Shown here in pieces: positions 1 through 10,211 of a stretch of DNA of 64,000 bases. The translations under genes and the position numbers were made by a program. The stretch covers positions 1 through 64,000 of the forward strand of contig CBDCZH010000007.1 of NCBI GenBank assembly GCA_965224485.1, written 5' to 3'. Each line of letters opens with the position of its first letter. Positions within the stretch are counted from its first letter, which is position 1. The notes beneath the pieces were generated by a model. It was not told the origin of the DNA, searched no databases, and saw nothing but the letters and a program-made list of their open reading frames with translations. Source of the stretch: Arcobacteraceae bacterium (GTDB lineage Bacteria; Campylobacterota; Campylobacteria; Campylobacterales; Arcobacteraceae).

Positions 1-2708
1 CTTTGTACCTTTTCTTTGAGTTAATCGCTCCAAAGGATCATAATCATCAGTTATTTTTTTTCTTATATCATTTGCTACTTTTAAAAACTCTTTATCCATA
101 TGAAGGATTTAGCATATTCTAAACCATACATGGAAGAGCCAGAACCTGCTTGAAGTTTTCTGTTGAAAATAAGTTTATCTTGTGAGTCTTCATATAAAAC
201 AGATAAGTGTAAACATATTATATTTTTAAGTTTTTTAAGTTCTTCTATATCAGGGAGTTGATGTAAATGTGTTGCAAACAAAAACAAAGCTTCTAATTTT
301 GCTAGTTTTAAAATTGAGCTAGCAACAATACTTACTCCACTCATTGTTTCTGTACTATGAGAGATTTCATCTCCTAAGATAAGAGATTGTTTAGTTGCTC
401 TGTTAAAAATATTTTTAAGCTCTAACATTTCTACTGCAAAAGAACTTAAACCTTTTGCTATATTATCAGCCCCGCTTATTCTTGTAAAGATTGAGTGCAA
501 AAAAGAGTAAACCTCATAGACTTACAAGGAACATAAAAACCTGCTTGGGCTAATACTATTGCAAATCCTAGAGATTTCATAAGAGAGCTTTTTCCAGAAG
601 AGTTTATACCATATAATAAAACTCCGTGCATTTTATTATCAAAGATATTAATAGGATTTGAGTTTTTTATTATTACATTAGTATTTTTATACTGCTCGTC
701 AGCAAGGCTAAGTTCCCCTAAAATAATATCATTAGGAATATATATTCCTTGTTCTTCATTTGCTTCAATAATAGGATGCCGTAGCTCAATTAACTCACAA
801 AAGTTTTCACTATCTTTTGTTTTTACAATTTTTGGACAAACATAGTTATATTTTTTGCTGTTTTTATATTAGAAATAGTTAAATCAATTTCAGCAATAAA
901 CAGAACTAAATCTTCTAATAATTGTGCAAATTTTTTCTCAAACTCTGCTATTTTTTCCTTAAATACTATTTTATTAAGTTCAATTATTTTTCTTAAATTA
1001 TGAACATATTTATCTGAAATATCATCACTTAAAGCACAAGATATTTTTACAGAATTTGTTTGTGTTTTTATTTTAAAATCTTTTAATAAGAGTAAGTTAT
1101 CATCAACTATGAGATGTGAGTTTAATAAGTCATCTTTTATAAGATTAAATCTACTTTTCGTTAAAGAGAAGAAAAAGCCTTCTTTATCAAGCCTATTAAT
1201 ACCTACAAAATTTTTATCATTACTTTTCATAAAAGAAAAAATATGATTTTGAACTAATTCTAGTTTTGTATAAAGCTTTTCATTATCTTCATTTAGTTGA
1301 TCAATTTGGGCATTAATCCCCTGCCAAATCATATTTGCATCTACATCTTTTAACATATATTTAGCACTTATACTTAAATCAAAAGTATTAGAAATAGACT
1401 CTATAAAAACTTGTAGTTCTGCTGAGCTACAAGGAGATTGAACGAAATTGTAATTTTCCATAAATAAAACAACTTCTTTTATAGATATTAGTGAATCATA
1501 TAAATAATTAACCTCAAAAGGATGTAGTCTTAAAAGTTTAATTCTTCTTGTTAGTCTTTCAATATCATAAATATTTGCTAACTCCCCTTCAATAGGAGCA
1601 TGATAATCATATAAATCTTTTGATAAGGCATATCTTCTTAAAAGCTCTTTTTCATCTTTTACAGGATGGGTAAGTCTCTCTTTTAAAAGTCTTTTACCCA
1701 TAGCAGTTGAAGTATTATTAATAAGTTTCATTAGGGAGGGATTATGTGAACTATCTATTATATTTAACTGCTCTAAAGCATTATTTCCTAAATATATATA
1801 TTTTGATACATCTAATTTTATAGGATGTGATAGTTTTTGAACTATTTTAGAATCGTGTGAAATTACAAAATCAATTAAGATTGCTAAAGATTCACTTGAC
1901 AGAGGTGAGCGTTCCATATCAAGATGTTCAATTGAGGTTAGAAGCGATTGTATATTAAAAACAGTTTTAAATAATTCATTTTGATAAAGAATTTTAGGTC
2001 TTAAAGAACTTATATGAAATGTTTTATTTGCTAACTCCAAATAATCAATAACTTCTTTTTATTGATTTCTTTATCTGCAAAACTTAAAATAATTTCATTT
2101 GTTTTATGCATATTCATATAATTAAAAGCTTCATCTAAAGCAAAAGATTTATCTTCACTTGTTCCATGAACTTCATTATAATAACACTTTCCAGTTGTTA
2201 CATCAATAGCTGTATAACCAACAGAATATATGCCTTTATTTTGATCAATTATTAAAGAAGTGATATTATTTTCATCTTGGTCAAGGACAAAATCAAAGTT
2301 TGTTCCTGGACTTACTACTGTATCTAAGTACCTAGTAACATTAGGAGGTACTCCTTTTTGTCTAATCAAAATAACTGTATATTTTTGCTCTGCTATTATT
2401 CTTGCTAAATGTTTATCTAAAGCAATAGCTGGAACACCAGCCATTATTGGGTTTTCTTGTGAGTTTTGCAAAATTGCTTTATTTTTTCTAGTTAGTTGAA
2501 TATTTAAAAGTTCTGCAATCTCTTTTGCTTTTCCAACTTTTTCTTCTTCATTATTTACTTCATAAACTTCAAAGAATGTTCCAATTTCCATTAAAACTAA
2601 AGTATTTTTTCCATACTTTTTCTCAAACAATCTTTGCAATTTAAAATAAGTTACAGTTAAAAGTGTTTTTTTCTGTGCTAATAGTTCACTTACTTCTTCT
2701 TTAATCAC
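1..2708 (-). pseudogene. mutS: MutS-family DNA mismatch-repair ATPase (MutS7-like), split by four apparent frameshifts and running off the window start
   Basis: ORF pieces 2031-2708, 823-2040, an uncalled frame at about 500-850 (RHPIIE...LLYGINSSGKSSLMKS, Walker A) and 81-500 (FTRISGADN...LGDEISHSTE, FATHLH) join into one MutS. The mismatch-binding motif EIGTFFEVYE is present. The breaks could be sequencing errors. Confidence 0.85.
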
Positions 2709-3127
2709 TATTTTCTAACCCCTGTCCAATCTCTAATTTCTTTTATTTGCTCTTTACTTAATAGCGCATCTTCATGTAAAGAGAGATATGAAGCTAATGG
2801 CATAGCTTTATACACCACTCTATAAATCTTTTTTAACTTCTTTTTCTTAAGTTCATCATTATACTCATTCCATCTTGAAAAATTCAAGGCTTTTATTCCA
2901 TTTTTCACATGACTTTTAATAATCCAAGAAACAGGAGCTATATTTGAGTACCAAGGCCAAATAACTTCATTTGAGTGACAATCATAACAAGATGTTTTTA
3001 ACATAGTTTGTATAGGAATAGGTGCTACAATTTCTAAATTTTTAGCACTTTTTAAATTTGTTTTATCTATTGTAATAAACTGCATAGAGGCAAAAACTAT
3101 AAAAACAATAATTAAAGCTCTCTTCAT
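2708..3127 (-). CDS. Heme-binding domain protein (cytochrome c-like)
   Basis: N-terminal hydrophobic anchor, CYDCH heme motif, and WPWYS-APVSW pattern of Haem_bd proteins. Confidence 0.8.
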   Translation of the reverse strand: MKRALIIVFIVFASMQFITIDKTNLKSAKNLEIVAPIPIQTMLKTSCYDCHSNEVIWPWYSNIAPVSWIIKSHVKNGIKALNFSRWNEYNDELKKKKLKKIYRVVYKAMPLASYLSLHEDALLSKEQIKEIRDWTGVRK

Positions 3128-3459
3128 TTATCACCTAAAAGCAAAGAATATGGTCTTTGCAAACTTTGTACAAAAGCAGAAATACTTATATTTCTACCAA
3201 TTCTATAAAACTCATTTTTATCAAAATACACTAAAATAGTAGGAAGAGAAAAAACTGTAAAATAAGCAGTTATTTCTTTATGATCTTCGGTTTTAACTTC
3301 TAAAAGATCCATTTTTGAAAAGTTTTTTTTTATCGCTTCTTCTATTTTTGGTTTTAAAACCTTACAAATAGAGCAATTTTCTCCAGAGAAATATATCAAT
3401 ACAGGCAAAGCTGTATTGATAATACTTTTTACTTCTTCAAGAGTTTGAACTTCTTTCAT
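3124..3459 (-). CDS. Thioredoxin family protein
   Basis: CSIC (CxxC) motif, 111 aa, cis-Pro region SLPT. Confidence 0.8.
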   Translation of the reverse strand: MKEVQTLEEVKSIINTALPVLIYFSGENCSICKVLKPKIEEAIKKNFSKMDLLEVKTEDHKEITAYFTVFSLPTILVYFDKNEFYRIGRNISISAFVQSLQRPYSLLLGDK

Positions 3460-5514
3460 CTATTTTAACTCTTTCTTCTTTGTTGGAATTTTTACTTCTT
3501 TATTTTTTGTATGTTCTACTTTTTTATCTTCTTTATCATCATTTTTCGAATTTTCATTACTTGAATCTTTATTATCATCACTTTTATGATCTTTTCTATT
3601 TTCAAAAATATCATGTCTGCTTAATGAAATACCTTTCATGTGAGATAAAGGAAAAGCAAAAGCAATACCTTTTCCAAGTGTTGTAATATGTAATGAGTGA
3701 ATAATAGATTTAATAATAGGATTTACCATAGATTGTGGTAATAAAAATAATAATAAAGCATCATTTGCATCAAAAGATGTTCTATAGAAATTATCCATTT
3801 TACCAAGTCCCATTCCATCTGCTCGCAATACTGTAACACCAGAAGCTCCAGCTTTATGTGCAGCTTGAATAGCATCTATTTTTTTCTCTTTTGGAACTAT
3901 TATTACAACTGCTGAGAAATCCATAGGTAAAGAGTGACGTCTATTTGAACCATCAATATTAACAGTAGCTAAATCCATATTTTCAGCATCAACTAAGTTA
4001 TCTCTTAAAATATTAGCAGCTTCAATTTCAGTATCTGATTTGACCCCTAGTTTTTCGGTTAATATACCATATAACATAACAGTAATCATAGGAAATAATG
4101 AAGCAAAAGCAATAAGACCAAAACCATCAATTAAAGGACTTCTCCCCTCTATATTTGAAGCAAGACCAATTCCTAAGGCTGCAACTAAAGGAACTGTAAC
4201 GGTTGATGTAGTTACTCCACCTGAATCATAAGCAATAGCAATAATATATTTAGGAGCTACAAAAGTTAACATAATTACAAGTAAATATCCTACAATTATA
4301 TAATAATGTATATGACCACCTTCAACAATTCTAAAAGCACCTAAAGCAATACCTATAGCAACACCAGAAGCTACAAAAAGCCGAAGAGCAAAGTCATTAA
4401 TTTTACCATCACTTATCTCTTTTGCTTTTTTAGCTATTGCCATTAAAGCAGGTTCTGCCATAGTAGTTGAAAAACCAATAGAGAAAGCAAAAGCATATAT
4501 TATAAAAACTGAACCATTTTGTGTTAACTCGTATGCCATAGTCTCACCAAGTGAGAACAGACCTAATTCAAGTCCTAAAATAAAAGCATAAAGTCCTAAA
4601 ATAACAAGACCAAAACCTAAAAGTACTGTTTTTAAATTAGTAATTGCTTTCTTAAGTACACCATACTGAAAAAAGATTATAATTGCTAAAATAGGAACAA
4701 CATCTTTAATAACAGCAATAAGCCCAGAAATAATCCCTGTTACACTTATATCAATAGGAGAAGAAACTTTAGCTTCTACAATAACTTGAGCAACTTCTTT
4801 TGCATCAACTAAGTTATAAACAGCAATTCCATAAATTTGTACAAAAATCATAGGAGTTAAGGAAGCAAAAGCAATAAGACCAAAACCATCAATTACAGGA
4901 TTTCTTCCTTTAATTGTTGAAGCTAGTCCAATTCCAAGGGCTGCTACTAAAGGAACAGTAACGGTGGATGTTGTAACTCCACCTAAATCGTAAGCAAGTC
5001 CAATAATTTCTTGAGGAGCAAAAAAAGTAATACTTACAACTATTAAATATCCTGAGATAATATAATAATGTATTGGATGACCTTTTATAATCCTATAAAC
5101 ACCAAGTAAAATTGCGAAACCAACAGAACCTGCTACAACCATTCTAAGCATTGTTGCATCAATTCTACCACTAGAAATTGAAGCCGCTTTATCAGCAATT
5201 ACAGCAAGAGCTGGTTCTGCAATAGTTGTACCAAATCCAATTAAGAAACCAAAAATTAAAATCCATGTAGTCCAACCAGATTTTGCAAAATCTCTTGCAA
5301 GCCCTTCTCCTACAGGAAAAATTCCAATTTCAAGACCTTGTAAAAATATAGCAAGACCAATTCCTACAATTACAAGCCCAATAGCTGTACTAATCCAATC
5401 ATTAGGTACACTTTGAATTATTGCTAATTGAAAGAACAAAATAACTAAAACTATTGGAATCAAATCTCTAAATGATTCTTTTAGTAGTTTTAAAAAAAAG
5501 TTAAATTGCATCAT
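3460..5514 (-). CDS. Membrane protein with two DUF1538-like repeats fused to a C-terminal PII-like domain
   Basis: Internal duplication ([18 protein letters not shown]; [23 protein letters not shown] twice); C-terminal [15 protein letters not shown]...GKGIAFAFP resembles the PII fold; charged low-complexity tail. Confidence 0.8.
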   Translation of the reverse strand: MMQFNFFLKLLKESFRDLIPIVLVILFFQLAIIQSVPNDWISTAIGLVIVGIGLAIFLQGLEIGIFPVGEGLARDFAKSGWTTWILIFGFLIGFGTTIAEPALAVIADKAASISSGRIDATMLRMVVAGSVGFAILLGVYRIIKGHPIHYYIISGYLIVVSITFFAPQEIIGLAYDLGGVTTSTVTVPLVAALGIGLASTIKGRNPVIDGFGLIAFASLTPMIFVQIYGIAVYNLVDAKEVAQVIVEAKVSSPIDISVTGIISGLIAVIKDVVPILAIIIFFQYGVLKKAITNLKTVLLGFGLVILGLYAFILGLELGLFSLGETMAYELTQNGSVFIIYAFAFSIGFSTTMAEPALMAIAKKAKEISDGKINDFALRLFVASGVAIGIALGAFRIVEGGHIHYYIIVGYLLVIMLTFVAPKYIIAIAYDSGGVTTSTVTVPLVAALGIGLASNIEGRSPLIDGFGLIAFASLFPMITVMLYGILTEKLGVKSDTEIEAANILRDNLVDAENMDLATVNIDGSNRRHSLPMDFSAVVIIVPKEKKIDAIQAAHKAGASGVTVLRADGMGLGKMDNFYRTSFDANDALLLFLLPQSMVNPIIKSIIHSLHITTLGKGIAFAFPLSHMKGISLSRHDIFENRKDHKSDDNKDSSNENSKNDDKEDKKVEHTKNKEVKIPTKKKELK

Positions 5515-6215
5515 ATATTTTCTTCTCCTTCTACGAATATTCTAAATTTTTCTAAATCATTTTTATAACCAACTGCAACAATAGTATCTTGCACATCAAG
5601 TTTATGATTTATACCACTTGCATTAAAAATAAACTTATCGCTTAATTCTTTATCTGCAATACCTATAACTATTATGTTAAAATCCTTAGAAAAAGTAAAA
5701 TCATTTAAAAATTTTCCGTTTAATAAAGATTCTTTTTTTATTTCGAACTCTTCAATATTTAAATTACTATCTTCAAAAAATAATCTATCTAAAACTTTTG
5801 ATATTAGAGGTTTTTGCAAGAGTAAAAAAACTCTTAATGATCCTAATAAATATGGGTTTATAACTTTTGAAGATCCAGCTAACATCATTTTTCTACTATC
5901 TGATTCATTACTAGCTTTAGATATGATTTTAATATTATTATTCAAATTTCTTGCTGAAAGAGTGACAAAAAAATTATTATTTTCATTATTGCTAACACAA
6001 AAAAAAGCTTTTGTATTTTCATCATTAATACCTATGTCGAAAAGTTCTTCATCTTTTAATAAAGAGTACTTATATGTAGAAAAACCATCTTCTAAAGATT
6101 TAGAGTAGTTTTCTTCATTTACATCAACTATAATAACATCATATTTTTGAGCTTTCAATATTTTTGCTATTTTATACCCTAAATCACTATAACCATAAAT
6201 AATTACTTTAGACAT
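5511..6215 (-). CDS. Soluble TrkA/RCK-domain potassium transport regulator
   Basis: IYGYSDLG Rossmann-like motif plus a TrkA-C-like C-terminus; start reassigned to ATG 6215, which follows a GGAG RBS. Confidence 0.8.
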   Translation of the reverse strand: MSKVIIYGYSDLGYKIAKILKAQKYDVIIVDVNEENYSKSLEDGFSTYKYSLLKDEELFDIGINDENTKAFFCVSNNENNNFFVTLSARNLNNNIKIISKASNESDSRKMMLAGSSKVINPYLLGSLRVFLLLQKPLISKVLDRLFFEDSNLNIEEFEIKKESLLNGKFLNDFTFSKDFNIIVIGIADKELSDKFIFNASGINHKLDVQDTIVAVGYKNDLEKFRIFVEGEENI

Positions 6216-7779
6216 TCTTATCTCCAAAAATATCGTTTATCAAATCAGATTTTAACTGAGAAATTGCAATCTTATATCCAATAACTATCAAAATATCTTT
6301 TTGCTTTACTATATACTTAGAATATAAAGGATTAAATATAAAATCATCTTTATTATTTGCATTAATAATTCCTAATAAAGTAAGATTATATTTAGAAAAA
6401 TCAATATTTTGAACATCCTTATTAATAATATCTGATGTTTCAAGAACTTCAATTTCATCTAAACTAGCACCTTTATCATTATTAAGTAAAATTTCATCTA
6501 TTGCCTCAAAAGCAACTGCTTGTCCTAAATGATTTGCACAAACATAAGCTGCAATATTATTTGATGAAATTATAGAATTTGCACCTGCTATTTTAAACTT
6601 ATTACTTGAATCTTCTTTATTTACTCTTGCAATTATATTTATATTTGGGTTTAGTGTTCTTGCACTTAGAATAATAGAGATATTAACAGCATCATCATTA
6701 CTTAAAGCAATAACATCTTTAGCACCTTTATTAACACCTACATTTTCTAATAAATCAATATTTGTAGCATCTGCTTTAATACTAAGATAATTTTTACTCT
6801 TTGCATATTCTATATTTTCTTCATTTTTATCAATAATAATGAACTTTTTTCCTATTTTTGATAGTTCTTCACATAAGCTTTTTCCCATTTTTCCATAGCC
6901 ACAAATAATAGAAAAATTTTTCATTTTAGAAGCTTCAGCTTCTAGGCGTTCTTCTTTAATTAATTTCATTCTATCACTTAAACCAGTTGTGATAATTGAT
7001 GTTCCAAAAGCAATAACTAAAAAGCCTGAAATTATAAGAACTAAAGTTACAAGTTTTCCCTCAAGTGTAACAGGAGTAACATCACCATATCCAACAGTTG
7101 AAATAGTAATAATAGACCAATAAATTGCATCAAAAAAATCATTTACATTTTCATTTATTCCAGTTTGCCCTTCATATATAAACATAATAGTAGAACCAAA
7201 GAAAACTACAATGATATATAAAATAGCCAGGGTAAATAATTCAAATTTTCTTTCAATAAAAACACCAGAAAATTGTTTTAAAGAGTTTGTATATCGTAAT
7301 ATCTTAAGTAATCTAAAAACTAAAAAAATTCTTAAAATTCTTAAAGGACGATAATAAGGGAGTATTGCCAGAAGATCAATTAAAGCAATAGGTGAAAAGA
7401 TATAAGACAATTTAATTTTTAATATTTTTTTTAAACTCTGTAAAACATTATATTTTTTATCTAAAATTTGAGAATTTTCATAATCTTCAATTATAATTTT
7501 ATGAATATCTGAGCTTAACCATAAGCGGCCCAAATATTCTAAAATAAAAATTATTATCGCAAAAGTTTCATATAAATCTAAATATTTAATCTGCTTATGG
7601 TTTACTTCAAAAATCAAAATTCCAATAGTACTAAGTACTAAAAAAATCATGAAAAAATCAAAAAACTTTTTATATCTATAAGAATTATTTTCTAATAAAT
7701 TATATACAAATGTTTTAGAACTTTTATATCTAGGAGATACTTCAAGATTGAAACTTATTGCAAGTAATAATTTATTCAT
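6208..7779 (-). CDS. Potassium channel (6TM Ion_trans with RCK N and C domains)
   Basis: TVGYGD selectivity filter, S4-like RPLRILRIFLVFRLLKILR, ICGYGKMG RCK motif. Confidence 0.92.
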   Translation of the reverse strand: MNKLLLAISFNLEVSPRYKSSKTFVYNLLENNSYRYKKFFDFFMIFLVLSTIGILIFEVNHKQIKYLDLYETFAIIIFILEYLGRLWLSSDIHKIIIEDYENSQILDKKYNVLQSLKKILKIKLSYIFSPIALIDLLAILPYYRPLRILRIFLVFRLLKILRYTNSLKQFSGVFIERKFELFTLAILYIIVVFFGSTIMFIYEGQTGINENVNDFFDAIYWSIITISTVGYGDVTPVTLEGKLVTLVLIISGFLVIAFGTSIITTGLSDRMKLIKEERLEAEASKMKNFSIICGYGKMGKSLCEELSKIGKKFIIIDKNEENIEYAKSKNYLSIKADATNIDLLENVGVNKGAKDVIALSNDDAVNISIILSARTLNPNINIIARVNKEDSSNKFKIAGANSIISSNNIAAYVCANHLGQAVAFEAIDEILLNNDKGASLDEIEVLETSDIINKDVQNIDFSKYNLTLLGIINANNKDDFIFNPLYSKYIVKQKDILIVIGYKIAISQLKSDLINDIFGDKNV

Positions 7780-7808
7780 TTTATATTAGGAAAAAAGCAC
7801 TAAAATTT

Positions 7809-9362
7809 TTATACTTGATGTTCTTCATTTTTACTTAACCTTTGTTTTTGTGAAACATAAGAGTTTACTGATCCTAAATATGCTTTAGCAGTTGCACTCA
7901 TAGTATCAATACTTAAACCATGCCCAATAAAAGAAGGCATATCTTTATCAAAAATAACTCTAGTTGTAACTTTTGCTAAAGCATCTTTTCCTTTAGTTAC
8001 TGAAGTTACTTTATAATCTTGTAAATTCCCATGTATTCCTGTTAATCTGTCAATTGTTTTAAAAATTGCATCCATAGTACCCTCACCTATATTAGCATCT
8101 TTTAATAATTTATCTTCAAACTTAATACAAACAGCTGCTGTTGCAAAACCATCACTACAGTCTGATATTTGTAAAGAACTTAATTCATAAGTTTTATCTT
8201 GATTTAAAGACTCATCTGTAATTATCATTCTTATATCATCATCACTTATATCTTTTTTCTTATCTGCTAATGTTTTAAATCTTATAAAAGCTGAATTTAA
8301 TTCTTCATCACTAACACTATCAAAACCTAAGTGAAGAATTTTATCTTTAAATGCAGCACGACCTGAATGTTTACCCAAGATTAATGTTGATTCTTTATAA
8401 ACACCAACATCTTCAGGTTTCATTATCTCATAAGTTTCTTTATTTTTTAGCATTCCGTCTTGATGAATTCCACTTTCATGTGAAAAAGCATTTTTTCCAA
8501 CAATTGCTTTATTTTGCTGTGGTTCAACTCCTGTAATATTTGAAACTAATCTTGAAGTAGCAAATAACTCAGGAGTATTAATATTTGTATATAACTTACC
8601 AAAAGCATCACCTCTAGTTTTAATAGCCATAACTGCCTCTTCTAAGGCTGAATTACCGGCTCTCTCACCCAAACCATTGATTGTAACTTCTATTTGTCTA
8701 GCCCCGCTTAAAACAGAAGCTAAAGTATTAGCTGTTGCTAATCCTAAATCATTATGATTATGTACAGAAATAATAGCACGTGAGCCTGCATATAAAGATA
8801 ATTCTTCAACCATTGCTGCTAATTCATTTGGCAATCTATAACCTACAGTATCTGGCAAGTTAATAGTACTAGCACCTGCACTTATAACTGCATCCATAAC
8901 TTCTTTCATAAAAGACATATCAGAACGCCCAGCATCTTCTAGAGAAAACTCAACATCATTTACAAATGTTTTTGCATATTGTACTGCATGTACAGCTCTT
9001 TTAATAACTTCATCTTCACTCATTTTTAACTTATACTTCATATGAATAGGAGATGTTGCTATAAAGGTGTGAATTCTATGTTTTGCTGCACTTTGTACGG
9101 CAAGACCAGATTGTTTAATATCATTATCAATTGCCCTGCTTAAAGAACAAATTGAAGAGTTCTTAATTCTTTGTGCAATTTGAGAAACTGCGTCAAAATC
9201 ACCAGGACTTGCTGCTGCAAAACCTGCTTCAATTACATCAACACCTAATTTTTCTAATTGAACAGCTACTTTTAGTTTTTCTTGTGTATTCATTGAACAG
9301 CCTGGACTTTGTTCACCATCTCTTAAAGTAGTATCAAATACTATAATTCTATTATTATCCAT
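7809..9362 (-). CDS. leuA: 2-isopropylmalate synthase
   Basis: [26 protein letters not shown] and HESGIHQDG motifs; regulatory C-terminal domain. Confidence 0.97.
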   Translation of the reverse strand: MDNNRIIVFDTTLRDGEQSPGCSMNTQEKLKVAVQLEKLGVDVIEAGFAAASPGDFDAVSQIAQRIKNSSICSLSRAIDNDIKQSGLAVQSAAKHRIHTFIATSPIHMKYKLKMSEDEVIKRAVHAVQYAKTFVNDVEFSLEDAGRSDMSFMKEVMDAVISAGASTINLPDTVGYRLPNELAAMVEELSLYAGSRAIISVHNHNDLGLATANTLASVLSGARQIEVTINGLGERAGNSALEEAVMAIKTRGDAFGKLYTNINTPELFATSRLVSNITGVEPQQNKAIVGKNAFSHESGIHQDGMLKNKETYEIMKPEDVGVYKESTLILGKHSGRAAFKDKILHLGFDSVSDEELNSAFIRFKTLADKKKDISDDDIRMIITDESLNQDKTYELSSLQISDCSDGFATAAVCIKFEDKLLKDANIGEGTMDAIFKTIDRLTGIHGNLQDYKVTSVTKGKDALAKVTTRVIFDKDMPSFIGHGLSIDTMSATAKAYLGSVNSYVSQKQRLSKNEEHQV

Positions 9363-9456
9363 AATTAACCCTTGTATAAATTGCTTTTGTTATATCGATT
9401 CTTTTTATGTAAAAAAATGATAAGAAATAAATTGATTGTTTTTCTAATAAAATTTA

Positions 9457-9534
9457 TTAGAGAGAAGTATTTAAGAGTAGAAGAGTATTAACACTTTTTA
9501 TGAAATGCTTATTTGAAAAATCGAAAATCTTCAT
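9457..9534 (-). CDS. Putative leucine-rich leader peptide (25 aa, MKIFDFSNKHFIKSVNTLLLLNTSL)
   Basis: AAGGAG RBS before the ATG; four consecutive Leu codons (CTT CTA CTC TTA); lies between a consensus promoter and leuA. Confidence 0.75.
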   Translation of the reverse strand: MKIFDFSNKHFIKSVNTLLLLNTSL

Positions 9535-9564
9535 TTTACTCTCCTTTTATTTTGTAATGATAAG

Positions 9565-9593
9565 ATTATAATTAATATTATTGCTTTTGTCAA
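9565..9593 (-). promoter_or_regulatory. Sigma70-type promoter of the leu leader/leuA
   Basis: Perfect TTGACA-N17-TATAAT on the minus strand. Confidence 0.85.
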
Positions 9594-9616
9594 GAAAAAT
9601 AACATAATTTTGACAT

Positions 9617-10195
9617 TTATGCTAAAAAAGTTTCTCCCAAAATTAGTTTATCTGAAACTTTTAGGCTAGTTTTAAACTCTTTATTTAAAATAATTTTAAC
9701 ACTTCCTTGGGACAATGTTCCTATTTTATCATACTGAGCCACATTTTTATTTTCTTCTATACTAATTAAAGTATTACATTTTCCAACTAAAATTTCTAAA
9801 ATTAAAGAATCAAATTTAATTTTTACAAAAGTATTTAATTTTTTGGCAATAAAAGAGTTTGAATCTAAATTTATTCCCTTTTTATATTCAAGAACATCCA
9901 TTTGTGAAGTTTCTGGCGCTATTAATAAAGAAACATCACACAAAGATGTTTCAACATATAAAATATCTTGATTATTTACCCTATCAATAGCAAGAATTTT
10001 TCCGCTTAAGGGAGATACTAAGTGGGAAGAGAAAACTTGATTAATTTCTGGAAGTCTATAGATATAAGCAAGTACAAAAGTAAGAACTAAGAACATATAT
10101 CCTAAAAAATCAGATATGAAAAACATTAAAAATAAAGTACAACTTAAAGCTATTATTATTTGTGAAATACCTTCTTTTATAAAAAAACGTTCCAT
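9617..10195 (-). CDS. Phosphatidylserine decarboxylase-related membrane protein
   Basis: N-terminal TM segments, SPLSGKI motif, LKVSDKLILGET C-terminus; position after ftsH as in other Campylobacterota. Confidence 0.6.
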   Translation of the reverse strand: MERFFIKEGISQIIIALSCTLFLMFFISDFLGYMFLVLTFVLAYIYRLPEINQVFSSHLVSPLSGKILAIDRVNNQDILYVETSLCDVSLLIAPETSQMDVLEYKKGINLDSNSFIAKKLNTFVKIKFDSLILEILVGKCNTLISIEENKNVAQYDKIGTLSQGSVKIILNKEFKTSLKVSDKLILGETFLA

Positions 10196-10211
10196 ATCTG
10201 CCTCTTTTTTT

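Noticed and set aside
4080..5230. Nucleotide-level direct repeats inside the DUF1538 gene
   Set aside because: They reflect the internal domain duplication, not a CRISPR array or mobile repeat
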